NCBI GenBank assembly: GCA_051362555.1
Contig: CM120643.1
Location: 19,844,848 to 19,908,847, forward strand
DNA: 64,000 bases
Direction: 5' to 3'
Origin: Lingula anatina
Lineage: Eukaryota; Animalia; Brachiopoda
A program made the translations under genes and the position numbers. Shown one piece after another: positions 13,486 through 41,552 of the stretch; the first letter of the stretch is position 1, and each line of letters begins with the position of its first letter. The notes under the pieces are model-generated. The model saw only the letters and a program-made list of their open reading frames with translations. It had not been told where the DNA came from and searched no databases.

Positions 13486-14924
13486 TTAACAAGAACACTT
13501 CCGGTCAGCGCAGTATTGGACAGTGAAAGTGGCCCTGCACCCCTTGTTGACCCAGATCTTGTTGCCAAGGAAACCGAAGCTTTTGTTGTAGTCACAGCTT
13601 GAACGGGAGTGCTTCTTGGCCACATTGATAGAAGTTATTACTCCATCAACAGGACATTCGAAGTACTTATAATTGTGACTGCTGCAATCGGCATTGCCTG
13701 TAAAAAAAATTAAGTAACTCGAATAATTTTTGCTCAATAAAATGATACCGATTAAGAAAAAGTAAAGTCAGTTCGACACCTGGTGTTAAAGCATAATTAA
13801 ATAAATGTCAAGTGCCAACACTCTTTGAATCAACAAAAAATAAACTTCAATTAAATTCCAAAGTAAGTGTTTTCAACTAAATATCTACACATTAAAATAT
13901 ACATATTATTTTTACACGTTAAAATCTTTTTTAAAAGAACTGCAATGCGAAATAATATCTCCTTTTACTTCTTTACAGACCTTTTGGTAACTCTTTTTTT
14001 TTCTTTCTTTTTTCTTTCTTTTTTTTTTTTTTTTTTTTTTTTTTTTGGTGGGGGAGGGACTTAACATAAGTTGTGGTTTTTGATGTGTGGCTCTTAAATT
14101 GTTTTCCCTTCAGAGATATTCTTAAGAATTTTTAAAAATTTAAAAAGACACAAAGCTGGACGACAAAAATAACCGATTCCCACAATTTTTTTGATAACCC
14201 CTTAAACCACATGCATAAATAAATCGCCAACTTACTCTTTTTCACATTTCCGCAGTTGAAATCGACGTAGAAGCGGGCTCTGCAGCCATGATTGACCCAC
14301 AGATCACAGCCATTCACAGCGAATGAGTGGCCTACGTCACAGGAGGATCTTGACCTCTTGGTCATCACACTGGCCGAAATAGCGTCGACCCCAGTACAAC
14401 AGGGATTGTGTCGGTAACCATTGCTGTCACAGTCAAAGATCCCTGTAGCGGCTAAGATAGGTGAAAAACATTATTTGAAACTCGTTGATAATATCTTTGT
14501 TGTCTTATCTTTGCTGATACCAAAGTTGCACAAGTAAGTGAATCCAAAAAATAGATCCAATTGCTGCATATCTGCATGAAGCGAATTGAAAAAAAAAGCG
14601 CTTGATTTGTAACCCTATTACAGCAAGTTTACTTAAACACGTACAACCCCTTTATTATTAAAAAAAATAAACAATAGAAGTTGAAAATGATCGAACCTAT
14701 CTTCGTTTTTAGCAAATATCCATTGATGCAATGTAACAAATGCATTTGAAACACTAAGTAATGCTCAATGTATTCTATCAACGAAAAATTAAGAGAAAGA
14801 ACTCAGCCCCTCTCGGCAATTTGACTTATAAAATCTTATCTCAACATTTCATTTTTTTACCTTCGCTTGTACTCCATATCCCAATCAGGCAAAGACTTAA
14901 TACAACGATCATTTGGCCTTCCAT
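13486..14924 (-). CDS. Secreted Cys-rich protein with two DUF3011/ADEL-lectin-like repeats, copy 1 (163 aa)
   Basis: Exons 14924-14861 (signal peptide MEGQMIVVLSLCLIGIWSTSE), 14451-14236, 13697-13486; phase-1 GT-AG introns; both repeats follow C-x-S...C...S-R-S-S-C...SF...(L/I)WVxxGCRAxF. Confidence 0.88.
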
Positions 14925-16089
14925 CTTAACTTCTTCTGTATTTGCTCTTACAGCAAAAACGTCTTTCACCTCAAGAGCTTGGTCGAGATCTTGAATGCTC
15001 AGTTCTACCTGTACCGCGCTACTTATATTCATTTGTAAGCCGATCCCTTGGACGAGCCTTCTCTTGGAAATATAATTGAAACATAACATTTTATCAGGGA
15101 CTAAACATCTGGAAGAAGACGTATGCGAAGACATGGTTTCATGCTGCGGTTATAAGTAAAATCAAAATCATCAGTCACGTTTCTTCTTGTGGCCTGAAGA
15201 CGTACGTTTTAGGGGTTTTTTTTCTCATTAAGTACTCTCTTAATCTTATATTCTAATAATAAAAAATAATACGTCTTATACACCTCCTTGATTGGAAGGC
15301 CATTTGGGACACTTCTACTTTTTTCTTCTCATAAATATAGCACAATCTTTATAAATGATTGTGATAAGGGCGTTTCTTTTTTTTTTTTTTTCTTTTTTTT
15401 TTAGCAAAGATTTATAAATACACATTTTGATTTTATCCCTGTTAGAAATACTCGATCAAAACTTTACGATTTCCATTCATAAAAATATTGCAAAATATTT
15501 AAGGCTTACTAATAAAGCCTTTAAGTTTTATATCGATATGTACAAGATTTTTCTATTATTTAATTTGATGTTTAGACCGGTATGTGATGCTGTTTTAAAA
15601 TTTTAAGTTAAATTTTTTTAAAATTTTAATGTGTTTTTGTTATCAAATAACGTTGAAGAAAACTAAACTGTACTCAAGTGTATTTATAATGCATTTTTAA
15701 CACTGTCGTTGTCTTTCTCTCTATTTTTTCTTTTACTTTTTTGCGTCTATTAAAAGTATTTCAGTCTTTTGTTATTTATGAGTTCATTATTATAAATGTT
15801 TTTCTCTCCTTTTACTTTTAGATTCACCACTGCATTGCCATTACAAGGCACTGAATTACACTGCATTGCATTGTTCTTGGACAATAAAGGTCCAACTTAG
15901 ATAACAGGTTTTGCGTTTTGATTACTTGGAATGACAGCAGCAACGTATTCCTTGTCTGGGTTATTGGTGTCATCTGTATTGGTTTTTCTGTTGTTCTAAG
16001 GTACTCTTCTAGATTGAAATTTTGAACTCGTTGTTCTGTTATTCTAATGTCTCAGACAGTTATAGGAACGATGAATACCTCCGCATGAA

Positions 16090-17530
16090 GCTGTTTTGAA
16101 ATAAAAAACTCTTTGGTGTCTCCTCGATTTAAATTATTGCATTCACTCAACATGACATCAATAAGGACAAAAACAGTAATAATGTCCGATGAAGGCCACA
16201 TTTATTGTAATGCCTCTCTATTAGAATAACTATGTAGATTAGCAATTAACATGCAACGACTTTGCATAATACCGTTTATGTAATGTTAAGGCCTGAAAAA
16301 TTACACTTATATAACTTAAAAACAAATTGTGCACATATGTCAAGGGGCCTTAATTGTAATAATAATGATGGAGCCAAATTAACCAAAAATACTGATAAGT
16401 CAATAGACGTGAGCTAGCCGAAAGATGCGTAGTCCAAAAGGTGCGGCGAGTAGTGTTTATCACGTCTCAAACTAGTTCATGCTTTAAAGTTACCCTTGCA
16501 CTGCTAATCCTCTTCTTATTGCGGCCGGACAAAAAAAAAAAAAAAAAAAAAAAGAGAGAGAGAGAAAAGCCTCCCATGGCCGTTTGTGTTGAGTTCAAGT
16601 AATGTTTTCTTGGTGTTTTCTCAATGTGAACTGCATTTCAACAAAAATAGAATACTGAATAAAAACCCCTGTGCTGTAAGAAAATTAACAAGTGATTTGA
16701 AATCAAAGCATTTAAATGACTTGTTGATTTCCTTTTTTATTAAACAAATCAAGAAGTATTATTATATTTTTCAATGCATTTTTATATATGGTTGATCCAT
16801 TTTAGTACACGGTTAGTTGGTTCAAGGAGTTATAACTCCTTGGTTGGTTTAAGACAATGCTGACTACTTGTAACTGAAGGCTTGAATATGTATCAACTGA
16901 CATGAGAGAGAGGGAGAGAACTAATTATAAGGTGTGTCGAGACAAGGAAGTAGACAAAAAAAAACGCCCTTGGTCGTGATTATACATTTAGTTGGGTTAG
17001 GGTTCAAATAATTTGATGAACTTTCCATGTAAGTTTTATATGTAAAACAACTAGGAACTTACCATATTTTCGGTGCTCCCCTATAAGCTGTGTCTTCTTT
17101 CGTTTACAACCAACATATCATTTATTTCAGTAGCTTATCTTCGGTTTTGTCGCTAGGGTGTTGTACCCGATTGCCGCCATTGTGTTAGCGGTATTCACGT
17201 ACAGAATCGAAGCACTCTTTGCTGGCACAGTAAGTGGATAAAAATATTGAATAAAATGGCTGGCTTTTTCTATGCTTTTTCTGACCGCATGTAATCTTGA
17301 TTTTACTTTTCGAGGATATTAAAATCGTAATTACCTGTCAACAGAATATATAAGTAATTTGTTGACATACAATCATAAATTGCTTAAAAAAACTAAAATG
17401 ACATAATTCATGTATTTTGTGCATTGACAGATGTCTTCCAACTAATACACTCCTCCTTCAAGAAATACACATTAAAAAACGAACATTGTTTTCCTCTTTG
17501 TGTCTCTGCCTGTTGTCTTGACTTTTTATT
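16090..17530 (+). pseudogene. Partial pseudogenised duplicate of the MARVEL gene (end of intron 1, remnant of exon 2, exon 3, intron 3)
   Basis: 16090 onward parallels 10587 onward. Exon 2 remnant (~16498-16588) is deleted and interrupted by poly-A, with donor GTAAGT changed to TTGAGT. Exon 3 copy 17131-17229 starts with TAG in place of GAA. Exons 1 and 4 not seen. Confidence 0.88.
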
Positions 17531-17596
17531 TATTTATTTACCTTTTTGTGATTTTCGACGTTTGTAATGAAGCATCTTTTTCAAAATGATTCTTAC

Positions 17597-17634
<38 letters not shown>

Positions 17635-17864
17635 TTGAGTAGCATGGGCGAGAGAGTCAATAGAAAATAAGGAAAAGTCAATAGAGAATGCTCCTTAACT
17701 TTGAAATCATCCTTACTCACCAGTCAGAGAGAAAGATTTAAACCTCTACCGGGGGAGAGCACAGCCCTTATCATCCCCCCTCCCCCCTCCAACATGAGCT
17801 GGCTGGGTAAAATGTATCAAGCACCCTTTTTCTTGCATATTTAGATATCATTGATAATCATTAT

Positions 17865-18034
17865 CAGGCTCGTAGCCAGGGGGATTCGGGGGGTTCGAAA
17901 GAACCACCCTTTTTGCTGGGAAAAGGTCCACTCTGGGTAAAATTTGATCTATGTCCTTGAGGATTTTATGGTAAAAGGTCCACTTTTTCAGAAAACGACC
18001 CCCCCCCCCTCTGAAACTGCTGGCAACGGGCCTG
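17865..18034. mobile_element. Short MITE with CAGGC...GCCTG termini
   Basis: caggctcgtagccag ... ctggcaacgggcctg inverted ends; related sequence at ~9135-9270. Confidence 0.6.
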
Positions 18035-18431
18035 ATTATTATGTTACGAATTTGTTAACGGTGTACGTTACAAACCGTTGTCATTAACGCAGCTTTTAAG
18101 CCGAAGCAACAAAAATCTTCTAAAAATCTCGCGGCGAAAGACAGGTTCGTGTTACTATGAGAACTATTTAAAATCGCACACGTTGCAGCAGTACTTATTT
18201 AAATAAATTAAGAGAAGCGAAATTTGACTGCTTGATATAATTTTATTCATAACATGAGGCAAATATCAGTTATTCCATATTAATTATTATTAATAATATT
18301 AATTATATATTAACTATTATATATTAATTATTATTAATTATATATTAACAGATTGAATACACTTCTTGTATCTTGTTGAAATACAATCATAAATTGCTTA
18401 AAAAGAACTAAAGTGACATGATTCATACATT

Positions 18432-19617
18432 TTAACAAGAACACTTTCGGTCAGCGCAGTATTGGACAGTGAAAGTGGCCCTGCACCCATTGTCAACCCA
18501 GATATTGTTGGCAAGGAAACCAAAGCTTCTGTCGAGGTCACAGCTGGAGCGGGAGTGCTTCTTGGCCACCTTGACAGAAGTTATGACTCCACCGACGGGA
18601 CACTCGGCGTATTCATAATTTCGACTGCTGCAATAGACACCGCCTGTAAAAAAGGGAAATTATGTAACTCTAATAATCATTTTCGTTCAATATACTGATA
18701 CGGACTAGGAAAAACTAGTCTGTTCGAATACAGGAATCGTAGTGTTCAAGTATAAACCAAGAATGTGAGCGTATTGTGATATGCCTACCTCATTAAAAAA
18801 ATTAAGGCGAACAAAACCTGGACGACAAAAGTAGGCCAACAGTTTCTTGAATCCTTTTGATAACTAAATCCTTTTGATAACTCCTAAAACTACGTGTATG
18901 GATAAATTGCCAACTCACTCGTTTTCACATTTCTGCAGTTGAAATCGACGTAGAAGCGGGCCCTGCATCCATGATTGACCCATAGGCTACAGCCATTGGC
19001 AGCGAATGAATGGCCTTGGTGGCAGGAGGACCATGACCTCTTGGTCATCACCCTGGCCGAAATACCTCGGACTCCCGTGCAACAGGAATTGCGTCGGTTA
19101 AGATTGCTGTCACAGTCAAATATCCCGGTAGCGGCTTATATAAGTAAAAAAATTAAATGCGTTGATAATGTCTTTGTTGTCTTATCTTTCTTGGCACAAA
19201 AGTTGCACATGTGGTGAAAAAAAGATCAAATTGCTGCATATCTACATGAAGCGCATTTTCAAAAAACGTTTGATTTGTTACCCTATTTCCGTAAGTTGAC
19301 TTAAAAACATAAACCTACATTATAATCAAAAAACAAATGAAAAGTTAGTAGCTGAAAATGATCGAACCGATCTTCATTTTTAGCAAATATCCATTAATGC
19401 AATGTGACAAATCCATTTGAAACATAAGTAAAGCACAATGTACATCTGTTCTAACTTATCAACGAGGAATTGTAATTCTCTTAAAAGAGACTGAACTCAG
19501 TCCCACTCGACAATTTTACTTGCAAAACCTTATTTCAACATCTTATTTTTTACCTTCGCTTGTACCCCATATCCCAATCAGGCAAAGACTTAATACAACG
19601 ATCATTTGGCCTTCCAT
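18432..19617 (-). CDS. Secreted DUF3011/ADEL-lectin-like protein, copy 2 (163 aa); missed by the ORF track
   Basis: Exons 19617-19554, 19134-18919, 18643-18432 (64/216/212 nt, same as copy 1); frame open, all Cys kept; exon 2 acceptor is a weaker TATAAG. Confidence 0.82.
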
Positions 19618-20039
19618 CTGAACTTCTTTTGCGTTTACTATCACAGCAAAAACGTCTTTCGCCTCGGGGCTTGGTTGAGATCTTGAATGTTCACTTCTAC
19701 ATGTGCCGCGCTACTTATATTCTGCTCGCGAGACAGTACATGAGTAATTTTCACGTACAACTCAGCGACAAGTGTTTTATCTGGCTTAAACCACGGCCTC
19801 TGATTGGCTACTTGCACTAGTAAATGCAAAAGACCGTGGAACGCACGGATTTCTGAGTACCTTATAACTTACAATAGCTTTTGATTGGACAAAGAGCGGC
19901 CAGCGAGCATACTGCTGATTTAACAGTAATGAATGGTGATATGTGTTCACTGACAAGGTAGTTTTATTCACAGAAGGGTTTACAATCACATCTCTATCAT
20001 CAGAATATACGCTACGCATTTAGACTGTGGATTAATATT

Positions 20040-20620
20040 TTATAGTTAGCATTACTCGGAGGGGGGGGGGGGTGAAGGAAAATTAATCAACTTGTACAAA
20101 ATCTGATAACAGATTATACATGTATACTATTTTTCTCAACTGTTATCTTGATTGAAATAGCATACCGTAACCGGCGACGAAAAGAAAACCTCGGGTATAG
20201 ATCTCTGCTTCGATAGAAGTGTACAAGCGCCTTGTCTTCTAGACCATTATTGTAAATAATAGGGTCAAGGGGTTTATTCCTATATTTGTACATTTCCGAT
20301 CCACTATCCCCCGTCTCTGTAGTCGACTCGTTGTTAGTTTCACCGCTTTCGGACTGACTGTCCTCTGACTCTGTGTTTGACATTTGGGTTTGCTCCGGGA
20401 GGAGGGAGGACTCAGCAAACACTAGCACGTTGCTATGACGTTATAATGTGGTAGCAACGTGCTAGCCACGTGATCTGAACGTGACGTGTTTGCTGGGGAG
20501 GAAGTTGGGAGGGGTAGTTCTCTAGTTAATTTATTATATATTTATTATATTTCTATGAGTTGTTTACAATGTATTTATTGTGAAATATGGATATATTACG
20601 AACGGTTGATATCCCTTTAA
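20040..20620. mobile_element. Probable transposon fragment with a TTAAAGGGAT terminus (Kolobok/Crypton-like; family uncertain)
   Basis: End tttattgtgaaatatggatatattacgaacggttgatatccctttaa recurs at ~32490-32540; contains acidic low-complexity ORF 20114-20428; left boundary unclear. Confidence 0.4.
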
Positions 20621-20858
20621 AAAAAATAAAAATATTGAATAAAAACCCTTGAATTACTGTGCTTTAAGAAAATTAACGAGTGATTTGAATAGTAAAGAAT
20701 TTGAATCACTTGTTGCTTTCTTTTTTTATTGAGCAAATGTTTTTATTGTTTTTCGATGTATTTTTATATATGGTTGATCTATTTTTAATTAACGAGTGAG
20801 TTGGTTTAAAATAATGCCGTATACTTGTAACAAGTCTTGAATATGTATTAACTGACAT

Positions 20859-20895
<37 letters not shown>

Positions 20896-20912
20896 AATAA
20901 TTATAAGGTGTA
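20620..20912 (+). pseudogene. Third remnant of MARVEL intron 2 sequence
   Basis: Parallels 11110-11420 and 16650-16935 (tgaataaaaa..., (GA)n, taattataaggtgt). Confidence 0.7.
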
Positions 20913-21312
20913 CCATGACAACTATTTAAAAACACACACGTTGCTGCAGTATTTATTCAAATAAATTAAGAGAAACGAAAATTGCTTGGATTATTTTTTA
21001 TTTAAAACATGAAGCAAATATCAGTTATTCCACACATCTTTAATTTCAACAGAACTGAATAAGATGTTCCAAAATAGATATAACTGTTGTACAGTGTACT
21101 CCTTTATATATGCATATGTTTTATATCTTATTTAATTTCAACGGAAATGAAAAGGGATATTTCAAAATAGAAATATAGCTTTTAAGTACTAATCATGCAC
21201 AATTTTCTTTTTCAAAATGAGTTATATCAGCAATAAGTCCATGAAACATCTTGACAGACTTGAGTGTTGAACACGGAGTGGTTTAACAAGATCACTTCCG
21301 GTCAGTATTTGT

Positions 21313-22710
21313 TTAGCAAGAACACTTCCGGTCAGCGCAGTACTGGACAGTGAAAGTGGCCCTGCACCCATCGTCTACCCAGATTTTGTTGGCAAGGAAA
21401 CCGAAGCTTTTGTTGAAGTCACAGCTGGAACGGGAGTGCTTCTTGGCCACATTGATAGAAGTTATTACTCCACCGACGGGACATTCGGCGTATTTATAAT
21501 TGCGACTGCTGCAATCGGCATTGCCTGTAAAAAGCATAAAATTAACTAGAATCATTTTCGTTCAATAAACTGATACGGATTAGGAAAAACTAGTCTGTTC
21601 GAATACAGGAAGCGTAGTGTTCAAGTGTCAACCAAGAATGAGATAAATAAATGAATGCAACGTGCCTGCATTCTCTGAATAAACAAAAGTTTAAAAAACT
21701 TCAATTAGTACCTCTATATGCGTTTTTAACTAAATGCCTTTCACATTAAAAAAAAAAAATTACAAGGTAAACTTACTAAAATCTTTTTAAAAAGATTGCA
21801 ATTTGAAATCATGTCTCTTTTTACTTCTTTATAGACATTTTGGTCACTCCAATTTTGATTAGGTTGTTAAAAGCGTTGTGTTTGCAAATTGTAACTCAAC
21901 AAATTGTTATCCCTCAAAAGTTTTTTTAAAAGGTGAACAAAACCTGGACGACAAAAGTAGGTTAACTATTTCTTAAATCCTTTTGATAACTATTTAAACT
22001 ACGTTTATGGATAAATTGCCAACTTACTCGTTTTCACATTTCTGCAGTTGAAATTGACGTAGAAGCGGGCTCTGCACCCGTGATTGACCCATAGACTACA
22101 GCCATTTACAGCGAATGAGTATCCTGCGTCACAGGAGGATCTGGATCTCTTGGTCATCACACTGGCCGAAATATCTCGGACCCCCGTGCAACATGATTTG
22201 TATTGGTAACCATTGCTGTCACAGTCAAAGATCCCCGTTACGGCTGAGATAGGTAAAACAATGTTTGAAAAATGTTGATTAATTTTTTGTTGTTCTATGT
22301 TTGTTAATACAAGAGTTACAAGCATTGGTGAATCGAAAAAAAAGAGAAAAAAAGGAAGAAATTGCTGCATATTTACATGAATTGATTTTTCATAAAACGC
22401 ATCAATTGTAACGTTGACTTAAAAACATAGGCCTCCTTTATTCCTAAAAATCAAACTATAAAAGACGAAAATGATCTCACAGATCTTCATCTCTAGCAAA
22501 TGCTCATTAATGCAATGTACAAAAAAAAATTGAAGCATTAAGTGAAGCACAATGTATTTTAACTTATCAGCGAAGAGTTAAGAGAATGAACTGGGCCCCT
22601 TTTGACAATTTTCTTACAAAAGCTTATCTCAACATTTAATTTTTACCTTCGCTTGTACCCCACATCCCGATCAGGCAAAGACTAAATACAACCATCATTT
22701 GACCTTCCAT
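21313..22710 (-). CDS. Secreted DUF3011/ADEL-lectin-like protein, copy 3 (163 aa)
   Basis: Exons 22710-22647, 22243-22028, 21524-21313; canonical splice sites; ends VQYCADRKCSC*. Confidence 0.88.
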
Positions 22711-23081
22711 TTTCTCTTCTTCTGTATTTTCTCTCGGAGCTAAAAATGTCGTTCGTCTCAGATATCGAGAGCTTGATCGCAACTTGAATGTCCAGTTCCA
22801 TGTACGGCGCAACTTATATTCATTTGTAAGCGGATCTTGTGGACAAGCAAATTTTTGGCAATAAATTAAAGCGCAACATTTTTCTCGGGAACTAGATATT
22901 TTTAAGAGGTCGCATGGGAAGACCTTATTTCCGGCTGCGGTTAGAAATAAGATCAAAATCATCGGTCACTTTTCGTCTTTTGACTTGATATTTGACAGAT
23001 ATTTTTGATTTTCTCTCATATTCAAATTCTATACTCTCATACTCATATACTCTAATAATTAACAGTAATGATGTAGGCTAT

Positions 23082-23251
23082 ACAGGGGCGCGGATTTAGG
23101 CCATCTTCTGGGTCTTCCGGAAGACGGTCAAATTTTCAAGTTTACATTGACGGGTATCTATTTTTTCTGTCAGAAGACAGTCAAAAACGGTGGATGGATT
23201 AACAAAGATAATTTGGAAGACTGTCAGACAGTATCTTTGGATCCACCCCTG
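23082..23251. mobile_element. ~150-170-bp MITE, CAGGGG...CCCCTG termini (other copies ~31106-31245, ~41571-41729 inverted, ~53360-53499)
   Basis: Shared core gccatcttctgggtcttcc...aaagataatttggaagactgtcag...ggatccacccctg in four places. Confidence 0.8.
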
Positions 23252-23312
23252 CTATATATATATAAGCGTGAGTGTGGTACAGAGTGCTCAACAGTCCGGA
23301 GCATTTATGCAC

Positions 23313-23662
23313 AATTAAAATTAATAAATAAATAAATAAACAAGAGACATGTAAGAAGGTATGCCCGATAGTCAGGAAGTTTATTTAAAATGGTTTTTTA
23401 GCCGTTTATCTACACAGAGTGACGACACTTACGTCGCACGCCGTGTCAGTTACGTCACCTTATGCCGACGCATGAATATTATTTCAGTTCTTTTATTTTG
23501 AGTATCTGGTGTTATCATTATTAACAGTTTTTCATCCAGGCAGAGGTTGCATAGGTGCTGATTTCTCCTTTGTGGGCAATCAAGTTGAGATCTTCTGGGT
23601 ATGCCCGTGAAACTCGGAGTCGGGGTTATTACATGTCTCTTGTTTATTTATTTATTTATTAA

Positions 23663-23670
<8 letters not shown>
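23313..23670. mobile_element. Element bounded by perfect 42-bp inverted repeats, abutting a (TA)n tract (23670-23748)
   Basis: 23313-23354 aattaaaattaataaataaataaataaacaagagacatgtaa is the exact reverse complement of 23629-23670. Confidence 0.8.
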
Positions 23671-23754
<84 letters not shown>

Positions 23755-25470
23755 TTATTTTAAAATTATTATATCCTATTGCTTCATCTAATAAGGTAAG
23801 CACGACCTAAACTTCTCTCTCTCTCTCTCTCCTAGCTGCAACTTTGTTGGATTACGAACTCTCTTTGAAAATATCATGTGCTAAGCCTTGCACAGAGTTT
23901 TATTGCAAATTATTTACTAATACGTTTTCGAGATACACATTTTGTTAAAGCTTTATTTTTTATTCATAAATTTCTAAGATATTACAGTGGAAAACCTGTA
24001 TATAATAAATTTACTTGAAAACCACACGTAGATGGTTGTGTGTGATAAATCTCATTACACTATAAACATGATACAAAATAAACCTTCAATCACTTTTTGC
24101 GCACTAAATCAGTTTTAGCTGTGATCAGTTTTCCACATAATCATGATCTGCAAAGGCGAAAGTCACTGCAAGGATGGTACAGGATAACATATAGGACATT
24201 ATAAGACCATAAATTAAATAGCCTAATAGCCTGAGTCAAAGGTTATCAATTTAATTGCCTTAACGACGGCACTAATATTGCTTGAGCATGCAGGATGTGC
24301 GGCACATGTTTTAGAGTAAAAGGGAAGTTGCCAATTTAAATAGGATATGCTTCGGACAATTAAGGAGGTGCGTCTTATAGACCTTCGTGATTGGAAGGGC
24401 ATTTGAGATATTTCTACTTTTTTTCTTCTCACAAATGTATCACAACGCCGCTTTATGATAAATAGTGAAATTGCCATTTCTTGGAGCAAACATATATAAA
24501 TACACATTTTGATTTTCTCCTTTACTGTTACATGTAGAAATACCCGATCGAAGCTTCACGTTTTTCATTCATAAAAGTGTTGTGTACAAACGTGTCTTCA
24601 GAACCACGAAATCGCAATTCCATAAATTTCTCTTCTTGTGTTGTTTGTTTACATATAAATAAGGCTGTCTGTTTGTTATTGAAGTTGGCAAAAGATGTCA
24701 GGTATCGCATGCAGAATAGGGGGCCTATCTCCACCTATGTGTAGGCCTACAGCGTACATCTTGGGTTTATTCATATTCCACAAACATTCCTGTCATGCCT
24801 CATTTTTCTTTCTTCCTTTCTTTTTAAGTTAAAAGGGAGGGTCAATATGTACAGTGTATACTGCGTAAGAAATTTCTACAATTCAGCCGTGACTTAGGCA
24901 GAGACAGGCCTAAATAGAATAGTTTGATAATACATGTGTATTTAGATTTGTCTTTCTGTATGATGTTCATTTTTTTTCCTTCTCCTGGAAAATTATTGAA
25001 GTATTGTGAAATCAGTAGATTTAATGTTTGAATTCAAGTCTTGAATTACTTATTAAATGAGAAAATAATATGCCCTAATAATAATAATAATCGACACAGT
25101 AAGAAAATTCCACCAGTTAAATTGGAATTAAAAGTAAGAACATTTTATAAAATAAAACGGTACAAAATTTACCCTGAAATGAGCATTTATAGCTCCAACC
25201 GGTGTAACAGGAATGGAAGTCAGATAGGAACCGTAGTCCGTCTCCCATTACACAGGTGTCATTCGTCCCATATACTAACCTCAATACTCGATACGGAATC
25301 GCCCGAGTTTGGCCGAAAGACTTTCCGATGCCTGTCTTGCTCTTCCGTGTTAGGAGACCTATAAATTTCCTGCTGTAACGTAGCGTATCTTCCTGAACAT
25401 GTCACATTAATACAGCATTTCATCTCAAAATGGATGATATCTACTTGTAACCCAGCAGTTTTTGCTGCAC

Positions 25471-41552
<16,082 letters not shown>

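Noticed and set aside
18462-19217. Plus-strand ORFs 18462-18698 and 18975-19217
   Set aside because: Antisense to the exons of lectin copy 2.
20114-20428. 104-aa acidic ORF as a host gene
   Set aside because: Non-ATG start, low complexity, no recognisable domain, and lies in a probable transposon fragment.
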